From: an uncultured Acidimicrobiales bacterium
GTDB lineage: Bacteria > Actinomycetota > Acidimicrobiia > Acidimicrobiales > UBA10347
Reading direction: 5' to 3'
Assembly: GCA_937991435.1 (NCBI GenBank)
Contig: CALKPY010000002.1
Span: 9,840 to 73,839 of the forward strand
DNA length: 64,000 nt
Part shown: positions 35,876 to 43,150 of the stretch, piece after piece
How the letters are laid out: the number at the start of each line of letters is the position of its first letter
How positions within the stretch are numbered: position 1 is the first letter of the stretch
The notes under the pieces: model-generated
What the model was told of the DNA's origin: nothing
The model's database searches: none
What the model saw: the letters and a program-made list of their open reading frames with translations, nothing else
Program-made: the position numbers and the translations under genes

Positions 35876-37998
35876 GGCGCTCCGCCATCGGTGAGCGCCT
35901 GAGCCTGATCGGTCGAAGTTGTCGGGTCGACAGCGCCATCAGCAGACGACGACATATCAGTCGAAGCCTGCGCCGCAACTGGGTCTTGGGTCACGTCCGC
36001 TGTTGGTTGCTCGGCAGATTCGCTCACGACTTCTGCCGTTGCCGCCGCCGGGGTCGCGGCTTCAGCTGCGACTCCGGTAACTCGCGGTTCGAGTCGGGCA
36101 GGTATCGATGGCACCCCCCAGGGGGTCACGAGGTTGACCTCAGTCGGCGGTGCAATGCGGAAGTGGCGCATTGCATACGACGCGATGTCAGCAAAGGCTG
36201 GGGCCGCGGCGGTACCTGCGTAGAACGTCGCGGTTGGTTCGTCGATGGTTACGAGTATCGAAAGTTCGGGTTGATCTGCAGGAAGGAAGCCAACGAAGCT
36301 CGACACGTAATGGAAGTTTCCCGCCGCGTCTTCGTAACCAGCGCGTTCGCCGATTGGCTTGCGAGCGGTGCCCGTTTTACCCGCGACGCGGTAGCCCTCG
36401 ATTTGGGCGTTTGTGCCGGTACCGACCGACACGGCGTTCTCGAGCATGCTGCGAACGTCAGCCGCAGTCTGGGCGCTGATAACTGGTCGCGGCTCAGCGC
36501 TTTGTGGAACGGTACGTGTGCCGTCGCTGTCAACGGTTTCGTTTACGAGTTGCAGCGGAACGTAGCGACCTCCATTGGCGATGACGTTGTAGGCAGTGAT
36601 CATCTGAGCCGGCGTAACAGTCACGCCCTGGCCGAGCGACGTGGTGGCGGTAGCAATGCCGCCCCAACGGCCCGGCTCGATCAATAGTCCAGCAGTCTCA
36701 CCGGGAAATCCGAGACCTTGAACCGAGCCAAAACCAAAACTGCGGAGATACGCGTCGAGCAGTTCGCCGCCCAACCGCTCGCCCCACAAAACAGTTCCAA
36801 CGTTTGATGAAACGGTCATGATGTCGGCAAGCGACCAATCCGCTACACCGTGCGCAGTCGTATCTGTGAAGACCGCGTCGTACAACTCATAGGTATCGGG
36901 AACAGGCATCAATGTGGTGGGGTCAGCCAGACCTGCGTCGATGATCGCGGCAAAGGTCATCGCCTTCATGACCGACCCCGGCTCAAACGACCACGAAGTC
37001 GCCATGTTGAGTGAGGGGGCAATGAGCTCGCCCTGGTCGTTGCGGGTCACACTCGCCATGGCGAGGACCTCGCCGGTTTCGGGTTTCGACACGATGACGA
37101 CGCCGCCTTTGGCGCCCATCTCTGCGACCTGACGCGTGAGCACTCGTTCAACTTCGAACTGCAACGACTGGTCGATTGTCAGGTAAAGATCGTGTCCTGG
37201 CTCGGCCGGTTCCACAAGTTCTGGTGCTCCGGGAATCGTTGCGCCGTTGACACCGATCTCAATCAGAAGTTCGCCACCGCGCCCTTCGAGAACCGGATTG
37301 TGTATCGACTCGACTCCGCTCAGGCCTTTTCCGTCGATGTCGACGTTGCCGATGACCGCCCGAGCGAGGTCTTCGCCGCTCGGATGGTGGCGTCGAGGTT
37401 CCTCTGTGGTGAACACGCCGGGTATATCAAGCGCAAGAATCTGTGCTGCCTGTGAATCGGAGACTTGTCGGGCTATCCACGCGAATCGTCCTTCGCCAGC
37501 CATTCGTTCGCGTACGGTTTCCACGTCAAGACCAACGAGCGGCGCCAGCTTGGTCGCGTCGCGCACAGGGTCTTCGACAAACTTGGGATCGACGAAGAAC
37601 GAGGTACTCGGCAGCGACACGGCCAGCGCACTGCCTCCTCGGTCATAGATATCTCCCCTACCGCCAGCGAGTTGGACTGTGCGGAATCGTTGCTGTCGAC
37701 CAATCTCGACGAACGCAGCGGCGTCTCGAAGCTGCAGGTCGACAAGCCGGTACACGAGCCCGCCGGCCACCACGCTCATGACCAAGAGTACGGCAAGGAG
37801 CCGCCGAGCGAGATCTGGCGGCGCTCCCACCGTTGCGCTCGGTGCCAGGCGACGACCCGCGACTCGACGTCGCTGCTTAGCGTTGGTAGTGGACTCGCGT
37901 GCTGTACGTCGAGAGGTATTGCGCGTGCGTTCAGCCGCTGCTCTACGGTCTTTCGCGGGTTTGGGCGCGGCCGGACGGCGTCGCAACGTTGCGGTCAT
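35872..37998 (-). CDS. ftsI: Class B penicillin-binding protein (FtsI/PBP3-type transpeptidase)
   Basis: SxxK (GSVMKAM), SxN (SSNVG) and KTGT (AGKTGTA) motifs. Basic cytoplasmic N-tail plus a single TM. Low-complexity Ala/Thr/Ser-rich C-terminal tail. Confidence 0.92.
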   Translation of the reverse strand: MTATLRRRPAAPKPAKDRRAAAERTRNTSRRTARESTTNAKQRRRVAGRRLAPSATVGAPPDLARRLLAVLLVMSVVAGGLVYRLVDLQLRDAAAFVEIGRQQRFRTVQLAGGRGDIYDRGGSALAVSLPSTSFFVDPKFVEDPVRDATKLAPLVGLDVETVRERMAGEGRFAWIARQVSDSQAAQILALDIPGVFTTEEPRRHHPSGEDLARAVIGNVDIDGKGLSGVESIHNPVLEGRGGELLIEIGVNGATIPGAPELVEPAEPGHDLYLTIDQSLQFEVERVLTRQVAEMGAKGGVVIVSKPETGEVLAMASVTRNDQGELIAPSLNMATSWSFEPGSVMKAMTFAAIIDAGLADPTTLMPVPDTYELYDAVFTDTTAHGVADWSLADIMTVSSNVGTVLWGERLGGELLDAYLRSFGFGSVQGLGFPGETAGLLIEPGRWGGIATATTSLGQGVTVTPAQMITAYNVIANGGRYVPLQLVNETVDSDGTRTVPQSAEPRPVISAQTAADVRSMLENAVSVGTGTNAQIEGYRVAGKTGTARKPIGERAGYEDAAGNFHYVSSFVGFLPADQPELSILVTIDEPTATFYAGTAAAPAFADIASYAMRHFRIAPPTEVNLVTPWGVPSIPARLEPRVTGVAAEAATPAAATAEVVSESAEQPTADVTQDPVAAQASTDMSSSADGAVDPTTSTDQAQALTDGGAP

Positions 37999-38456
37999 TG
38001 ACTGCCTCGTAGCTGAGCTGACGCGACTCGAAGCACGCGATCGTCGAGTTCCGCTGGGCTTCCTTGCAGATACACGACGGCAGGCGCCTCGATCATGCCC
38101 AACGTCTTTGCCTCACGCACGATGCGGGCCGGGGCTTCGAGCTGTGCGAGTTCGAGACTGAGTATCTGGGCTTCGACCTCAAGGGTCGCTATCTGGCGGT
38201 TTCGTTCGTCGAGGTCATGTTGACGTTCGATGATCTTGGCGTGGAGCACGAGCCCACCCACGAGGCCGATCACGACCGTTACCGCAAGGGTGGTGCCGAG
38301 AAATCGCACAAGTCGGCTGGCCATGCTGACGCCACCGTCGATCACCCGGAACGAGCGCGTCGCGCGTTGATCGACAGGATCACTATGTCCCGGTTGTGCG
38401 TGGTCGGGGTCGGCAAGCACCGCGGCACTGCCGAAACGGTCGAATGTGATGGTCAT
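37995..38456 (-). CDS. ftsL: FtsL-like septation protein (single TM plus coiled coil)
   Basis: 153 aa with TM segment FLGTTLAVTVVIGLVGGLVL followed by a heptad-like region. Canonical slot between rsmH and ftsI, with 4-nt overlaps on both sides. Confidence 0.7.
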   Translation of the reverse strand: MTITFDRFGSAAVLADPDHAQPGHSDPVDQRATRSFRVIDGGVSMASRLVRFLGTTLAVTVVIGLVGGLVLHAKIIERQHDLDERNRQIATLEVEAQILSLELAQLEAPARIVREAKTLGMIEAPAVVYLQGSPAELDDRVLRVASAQLRGSQ

Positions 38457-39415
38457 GATGTCGTCGCCTTGTCGTTTAGTCGCTCAAAGCAGCGCAAGCG
38501 GGCGCTTGTACTTCGGCGGTTCGTTGCTTGTTCGATTTGGGAAGCTCTGCGAAATCGCGGAAGAATGGGCTGTACTCGGCGGACCGCATCGCAGGCACAT
38601 CCGAGATCGGTCGGACAGGTGCAGCCGCCGGTCTCGGCGAGTGCAATGGTGTGCTTGGTGATTCGATCCTCACCGGAGTGATACGTCAGTACCGCGCCCC
38701 GACCACCTGGCACGAGGGCATCGATCGCAGCGTTGATGGCGGGTTCGATCTGTTCGAGTTCGTCATTGACCGCAATCCGAATGGCCTGAAACGTGCGCTT
38801 GGCCGGGTGTCCACCGGTACGACGTGTGGCGGCTGGAATCGCGTTGATCACAATCTCGGCAAGCGAAGCAGTCGATGCGATCGGCCGATTTGCGATGATT
38901 CGATCAGCAATCCGGCCGGCGAAACGCTCGTCAGCGCCATCGCGTAACATTTGCACGAGCGCGCCCCGGGGCCACTCGTTGACAATGTCGGCAGCAGTTC
39001 GCGGGTCGTCGCTGTTCATACGCATGTCGAGCGGCCCATCAAGCCGGTAGCTGAATCCGCGATCGGCGATGTCTAGTTGCGGCGAGCTGACACCAAGGTC
39101 AAACAACACCGCCGTGACTGGTTCGTCGACTGCGGTGCGCTCAAGAACGGACCGTATTTGGTCGAATCGGGCCGCAACGATGGTCACTCGTTCATGATGC
39201 GGACTGAGATGTTCGAGGGCAGCGGCGCGGGCCACCGGATCGCGGTCGATTCCGACAAGCTTTAGATCAGATCGCTGGTCGAGCACCGCCTTGGCGTGTC
39301 CGGCACCGCCAAGTGTGGCGTCGACAAAGATGCCAGGCGGAACCGTCGAGAAGATCTCAAGGATCTCACGGAGCATGACCGGTTCGTGTTCAAAGGTGGT
39401 GGGGGAAGTAGTCAC
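38453..39415 (-). CDS. rsmH: 16S rRNA m4C1402 methyltransferase RsmH (MraW)
   Basis: HEPVMLREILEIF, DATLGGAGHA, FDLGVSSPQLD and TYHSGEDR motifs. I prefer GTG 39415 (MTTSPTTFEHEPV..., 320 aa). The longest ORF (ATG 39556) would read through a strongly structured inverted repeat. Confidence 0.88.
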   Translation of the reverse strand: MTTSPTTFEHEPVMLREILEIFSTVPPGIFVDATLGGAGHAKAVLDQRSDLKLVGIDRDPVARAAALEHLSPHHERVTIVAARFDQIRSVLERTAVDEPVTAVLFDLGVSSPQLDIADRGFSYRLDGPLDMRMNSDDPRTAADIVNEWPRGALVQMLRDGADERFAGRIADRIIANRPIASTASLAEIVINAIPAATRRTGGHPAKRTFQAIRIAVNDELEQIEPAINAAIDALVPGGRGAVLTYHSGEDRITKHTIALAETGGCTCPTDLGCACDAVRRVQPILPRFRRASQIEQATNRRSTSARLRCFERLNDKATTS

Positions 39416-39433
39416 TGGTTGCCTGCGAAAACA

Positions 39434-39566
39434 ACCAGCGGCCTGTCGGCCGCTTCCCGGAAAACTGGCGTCTGCACGATTTTCTCTTCGCAACAGACTC
39501 GATGGCAAGCGGGCGGAGTAGGGGCTCTCCATCGTGTTCTCCGGGAAACGGCCCACAGGCCGCTGG
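39434..39566 (-). ncRNA. Structured element in the mraZ-rsmH spacer: 26-nt arms (39434-39459 / 39541-39566) enclosing 81 nt with nested helices; candidate cis-regulatory leader of rsmH
   Basis: The arms are reverse complements at 24/26 positions. In the sense (minus-strand) RNA, 25/26 positions pair, including one G-U wobble. Interior helices CACGAU/AUCGUG and CGAUGG/CCAUCG overlap. Confidence 0.45.
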
Positions 39567-39677
39567 ATTGGGGGGTGATTTTGGTGAGGTTTGAGGTCTC
39601 AGTTGTTCTTTCGTGGTGAGTGTTGTGTCGTTCCGCTGTTCCGCAGGTTTGCGGTACGCCGGTGACGCCGGCGGGCA

Positions 39678-40100
39678 TCACAGCAGATTGGAGATGTCGG
39701 GCAGCTCATCGAGGGCGGCGTCTGGGCTGGTGACTTCGGCAGCAAAGACGGCGAGATGGTTGGCAACGCCAACAATTGTTGCGTCTTTGTCGAGGTCAGC
39801 CCAGGTGCGAAGTCGGTCGGGCACGTTGATGCGACCTTGTGAGTCGATTGGCGACTGAGCGATTGCAGCCATGACGTTGGTGAGCTGTTTCTGAGTGAGC
39901 TTTCCGTCGCGCTTGGCCTGCTGCAGGCGATCGACCATTCCCCTAAATGCTTCGGCTGGGTAAACGCTGAGGCAGTGTTGATTGATTTCGGGAACGATGA
40001 AACAGACCTGCTCTTCAGCAAATGCGTCACGAAAGACGGCGGGTAGCGCCAATCGTCCTTTGGCATCAATGCGATGCGTATGTGAGCCGTAGAAGTCCAC
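39678..40100 (-). CDS. mraZ: Transcriptional regulator MraZ
   Basis: 140 aa. MDFYGSHTHRIDAKGRLALPAVFR and a second DxxGR repeat (PIDSQGRINVPDRLR). GTG start. First gene of the dcw cluster. Confidence 0.95.
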   Translation of the reverse strand: MDFYGSHTHRIDAKGRLALPAVFRDAFAEEQVCFIVPEINQHCLSVYPAEAFRGMVDRLQQAKRDGKLTQKQLTNVMAAIAQSPIDSQGRINVPDRLRTWADLDKDATIVGVANHLAVFAAEVTSPDAALDELPDISNLL

Positions 40101-40220
40101 AGGGTCTTATCCATCCGTGCGAGAAGGCGCTGCTTCGCCCCGTCACGGCCTGATGTCTGAATCTTGAAAACCACGGTTGGTCCTCCTGATGTCATAGGCA
40201 AGCCGCTTACTCAACATTGA

Positions 40221-40294
40221 CCACAATAGACACATGATCCCCACTAGTCAACACATTTCCCCACTTCTCCCCACTTGACTCCACCCGGATCCAC
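40221..40294 (-). promoter_or_regulatory. 10-bp-phased array of GTGG(GG) repeats overlapping the promoter; candidate MraZ operator
   Basis: On the plus strand CCAC begins at 40221, 40241, 40261, 40271, 40281 and 40291, with CAC at the intervening turns. Three perfect TCCCCACT octamers (AGTGGGGA on the minus strand) lie at 40238, 40258 and 40268. Confidence 0.5.
40223..40251 (-). promoter_or_regulatory. Putative dcw/mraZ promoter: -35 TTGACT, 17-nt spacer, -10 TATTGT (minus strand)
   Basis: Minus strand reads TTGACTagtggggatcatgtgtcTATTGT. The -35 is at plus 40246-40251 and the -10 at 40223-40228, about 120 nt upstream of the mraZ GTG. Confidence 0.5.
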
Positions 40295-40318
40295 CTCGCA
40301 GCTTCGTCCAGGCGCGCC

Positions 40319-40344
40319 AAAAACGTTGCAATAGCAACCTTTTT
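40319..40344 (-). terminator. AT-rich near-palindrome AAAAACGTTGC-AATA-GCAACCTTTTT; possible (bidirectional) intrinsic terminator insulating the dcw promoter
   Basis: 11-bp stem with one C-C mismatch flanked by A5/T5 runs. Compositionally distinct from the surrounding GC-rich DNA. Downstream of the LplA-like gene. Confidence 0.35.
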
Positions 40345-40390
40345 GCGACCACCTGAGCTGACCTAGCCGCTTGAAGCTGATACTCGCTCC

Positions 40391-40406
40391 GACCCGGTGT
40401 CGGGTC
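40391..40406 (-). terminator. Short GC hairpin GACCCG-GTGT-CGGGTC just after the LplA-like stop codon
   Basis: Read directly, 6 nt downstream of the TAG at 40412-40414. No U-tract, so weak as a terminator call. Confidence 0.25.
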
Positions 40407-40411
40407 TGATC

Positions 40412-41203
40412 TCAGCGGCTAGCGAACCAGGCAGCTGCGAATGCTTCGATGATCGACAATCGATCTGGGAACGGGGACTGCGGGCTGGCTGGGTGCGGGT
40501 CGTGCCGACTAAGAGAAGTCGTCATGCCACACGCTGTGATCAACTGGCCCCGGGTCAACCCCGCTTCTGCCAAAGCCGCATCAGTTACATAATCGACAGC
40601 ACGAGTCGACGAGTCATCGAAAACCGCCAATCCCTGAATTCGAGCCCCCCATCGGGTGCGGCGTTGCGAAAGGCCCACCACCTTGCGGGTTCCAATAGTG
40701 AGCTCGCCCCACCCCTTGCCTGCCCAACAAATGAGCGATGACGACGGTTCGCGTGTCGGAGCAGTGCGAACCATTGCAGCGTCGATATCGAGCTCGGCAA
40801 GTGCTGACTTCCAAAGTTCACCTACCGCCAAAAATGTGCGGGCCGGATCTGTGCTCCACAAGCGGGAGTTCTGCGGAGCCCACACATCGATCCACGCGGT
40901 CGCCTGTGGGTCAATGAACACTGCTCCGCCTCCGCTGCGCCGACCAGTGAGTTCAACGTCGTCGGCCGCGAGCCTGACTGCGTCGAAGACATTGTCATTT
41001 TGCGCGCTTCCACGAACCAGAGCAGGCCGGACAGGATGCATTACCCACAGCGCTTCGCCAGAGTCATCGGCAATGACACCCGCGTGTAGTTCGCCAGCGG
41101 TGCCGCTCACGTCAACTCGACAGGCGTCGGAATCACCTCGAATTGGCAAGCTTTGAGGAGTCAAACCGGCGCGGAATCGCCGGGCAAGTAGGCCCGCCAG
41201 CAC
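40412..41203 (-). CDS. Biotin/lipoate A/B protein-ligase family protein (LplA-like)
   Basis: RRSGGGAVFIDP (LplA RRxxGGGAV motif) and GTRKVVGLSQRRTRWGARIQG (catalytic Lys context). 263-aa ORF; start uncertain. Confidence 0.6.
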   Translation of the reverse strand: MLAGLLARRFRAGLTPQSLPIRGDSDACRVDVSGTAGELHAGVIADDSGEALWVMHPVRPALVRGSAQNDNVFDAVRLAADDVELTGRRSGGGAVFIDPQATAWIDVWAPQNSRLWSTDPARTFLAVGELWKSALAELDIDAAMVRTAPTREPSSSLICWAGKGWGELTIGTRKVVGLSQRRTRWGARIQGLAVFDDSSTRAVDYVTDAALAEAGLTRGQLITACGMTTSLSRHDPHPASPQSPFPDRLSIIEAFAAAWFASR

Positions 41204-41667
41204 TCGGGCATCGTTGGAACAGCTTGCCGCACCCAGGCGAACCGCCCTGGCGCACGTGGCACGCGCGCAGGGCGCATGTGAATCTCCGAGAGCAGCCGAT
41301 CACGTTTGTGCGAATTGCACCGTCGGCACGCGGCTACGACGTTTTCCCAAATGTGATTGCCGCCGCGCGAGCGCGGGCGGACATGGTCGATGTTCTCGGC
41401 ACGGGCTCCGCAGTACTGACATTGGAAGCGGTCTCGAGCGAACACTCCCCTGCGCGTCACCGCAGACGCCCGACGTGCCGGCGCTTTGACGTAGTACCGA
41501 AGACGCACCACCGAGGGAAGCTCGACCTCGATCGACGCTGAGCGCAACATTTCACCCGAGCCATGGATGGAATCGGCGCGGTCGCACAGAACAAGTACCG
41601 CCGCACGGCGTTGCGAAACGACTGACAGCGGTTCATACGTTGCGTTGAGCACGAGCGCCCGGGCCAT
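41161..41667 (-). CDS. Stand-alone HNH nuclease-domain protein
   Basis: CQYCGARAENIDHVRPRSRGGNHIWENVVAACRRCNSHKRDR is a complete HNH/zinc-ribbon motif. The N-terminus MARALVLNATYEPLSVVSQRRA is typical of a conserved actinobacterial family. Start trimmed to ATG 41667. Confidence 0.75.
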   Translation of the reverse strand: MARALVLNATYEPLSVVSQRRAAVLVLCDRADSIHGSGEMLRSASIEVELPSVVRLRYYVKAPARRASAVTRRGVFARDRFQCQYCGARAENIDHVRPRSRGGNHIWENVVAACRRCNSHKRDRLLSEIHMRPARVPRAPGRFAWVRQAVPTMPECWRAYLPGDSAPV

Positions 41668-41757
41668 GCCACGACCATAGTTCGCAGCCCAAGGGCCGTG
41701 CCCGCAAAAAGGCAAGTGCGTAATTGCCTCGATCACGAGTTCACCTCGATCACGAAC

Positions 41758-42156
41758 TCAATCGACAAGGCTGCCCATCGACCGACACCATTCCAGCCAG
41801 TCAACGACTTCATCGACGTCTGGAACGGCCGATTCGCACCCAGTTGACGTGACCTGTCGAAACCGCAGGTAGTCCGGGGCGGGCAACGGTAGGAACGGGC
41901 GTGATTTCCACCATTGAGTAGGTGCCAGAAGCCGAACCTGCCGAACTGCTGTAGGAATCAGATGAGGCTTCTTCGCCAACGAAAAGAGCAGCTTCGGAAG
42001 TACGGCAAGAACCGCAAAGGTGTCGTCGCGTGGCACCGATTCACCGTACCTCAGGTGTCGAATGAGCGGCACAGTCGAGAACACGACAAGCGCATAACAG
42101 GTCTCAAAATGTCTACGCGACCCGATTCTGCGGCACTGAATGGCTAGTGTCTCCAC
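41758..42156 (-). CDS. Hypothetical protein (up to 132 aa; real start probably internal)
   Basis: ORF with plausible codon pattern ending ...PAPDYLRFRQVTSTGCESAVPDVDEVVDWLEWCRSMGSLVD. No family recognised. Overlaps the longest moxR ORF start by 17 nt. Confidence 0.3.
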   Translation of the reverse strand: METLAIQCRRIGSRRHFETCYALVVFSTVPLIRHLRYGESVPRDDTFAVLAVLPKLLFSLAKKPHLIPTAVRQVRLLAPTQWWKSRPFLPLPAPDYLRFRQVTSTGCESAVPDVDEVVDWLEWCRSMGSLVD

Positions 42157-43147
42157 CGTTCACTTCGGAGGTGCCGTGTCTACAACCACAGCAACACAAC
42201 AGCCGCGCACAGAATCGTTCACCGACCTGTTTGCTTCGCTTACAAACTCAATCGAACGGGTGATCCGTGGCAAGCGCGACGTCATTCAGCTTGTGTTGTT
42301 GACAATGCTCGCCGAGGGCCATGTCCTGCTCGAGGATGCACCCGGCGTTGGAAAAACAACGATTGGCAAGGCCTTGGCCGCCAGCATCGATATGTCGTTC
42401 GGCCGTGTGCAGTTTACCCCAGACCTTCTTCCTGCTGATGTGCTGGGTGTCTCGATCTGGAACCGAACCGCCCAACAGTTTGAGTTTCGACCAGGGCCAA
42501 TCTTTAACGGAGTAGTCCTCGCTGACGAAGTGAACCGGTCATCGCCGAAGACACAATCTGCGCTTCTTGAAGCAATGGCCGAGCGCCAGGTCACCTCCGA
42601 CGGAGAAACACGGGCGCTCGAGTCTCCGTTCCTCGTTATTGCTACGCAGAACCCGCTCGATCATGCGGGTACCTATCCGCTTCCAGAGAGCCAGCTAGAC
42701 CGGTTCCTGGTGAAGATCTCGGTGGGCTACCCGGCGCGAGATGCGGAGCTTGAAATTCTCGAGAGCCACGGCAGCAGTGACCCCCTCAATGAGCTTTCAC
42801 CGGTTGCGGATCGACGCCGAATACGATCGATGATCGCCGCAGTGCGCACGGTCCATGTGGCGCCGGCCCTTCAGGGGTACATCATCGACATCGTCGAGGC
42901 AACGCGACGGCATCCGTCAATGGCTCTCGGAGCGTCGCCGCGCGCGTCGCTCGCGTTGCAAAGCATCTCCCGTGCTCGTGCGGCCGCCGCCGGGCGTAAC
43001 TACGCAACCCCGGATGACGTCAAGGCTCTTGCTGGCCACGTACTGTGTCATCGACTTGTTTTGACCTCTGACGCTGAAATGCGCGGGATCGAGACCAGCG
43101 CTGTTGTCCAGGAGATCTTGCAATCCGTTCCAGCCGGCGCAAGTTGA
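42140..43147 (+). CDS. moxR: MoxR-family AAA+ ATPase
   Basis: Walker A LLEDAPGVGKT, Walker B VLADEVNR, and the MoxR-typical ATQNPLDHAGTYPLPESQLDRF. Confidence 0.92.
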   Translation: MASVSTVHFGGAVSTTTATQQPRTESFTDLFASLTNSIERVIRGKRDVIQLVLLTMLAEGHVLLEDAPGVGKTTIGKALAASIDMSFGRVQFTPDLLPADVLGVSIWNRTAQQFEFRPGPIFNGVVLADEVNRSSPKTQSALLEAMAERQVTSDGETRALESPFLVIATQNPLDHAGTYPLPESQLDRFLVKISVGYPARDAELEILESHGSSDPLNELSPVADRRRIRSMIAAVRTVHVAPALQGYIIDIVEATRRHPSMALGASPRASLALQSISRARAAAAGRNYATPDDVKALAGHVLCHRLVLTSDAEMRGIETSAVVQEILQSVPAGAS

Positions 43148-43150
43148 TTC

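Noticed and set aside
35752-36687. 311-aa plus-strand ORF across the murE/ftsI junction
   Set aside because: It is antisense to two strongly supported, translationally coupled genes. The composition is Arg/Gly/Ser-rich and there is no motif.
39416-39556. N-terminal 47-aa extension of rsmH (longest ORF, ATG 39556)
   Set aside because: It would be translated through a 26-bp-arm inverted repeat and adds non-conserved R/S/P-rich residues. GTG 39415 gives a standard RsmH N-terminus. It is kept only as an alternative start.
39434-39566. Interpretation of the 133-bp inverted-repeat unit as a MITE
   Set aside because: There is no direct target-site duplication flanking the arms (left flank ..AAAACAA, right flank ATTGGGG..), and no second copy in this window. 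The one arm difference that forms a G-U wobble only in the sense RNA favours an RNA element. A whole-genome copy search is still needed.
39599-40201. 200-aa ORF overlapping mraZ in another frame, preceded by a strong AGGAGGA-N6-GTG
   Set aside because: The product is S/T/P-rich, typical of off-frame junk, with no hydrophobic core pattern, and mraZ in the other frame is unambiguous. The AGGAGGA lies in the mraZ 5' leader and may matter for RNA structure, but I cannot support a second protein.
41161-41736. HNH gene as a mobile homing endonuclease, restriction system or IS component
   Set aside because: There are no flanking repeats, no intein or intron context, and no adjacent methyltransferase, transposase or integrase. 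The N-terminal LVLNATYEPL pattern is that of a conserved stand-alone actinobacterial family.
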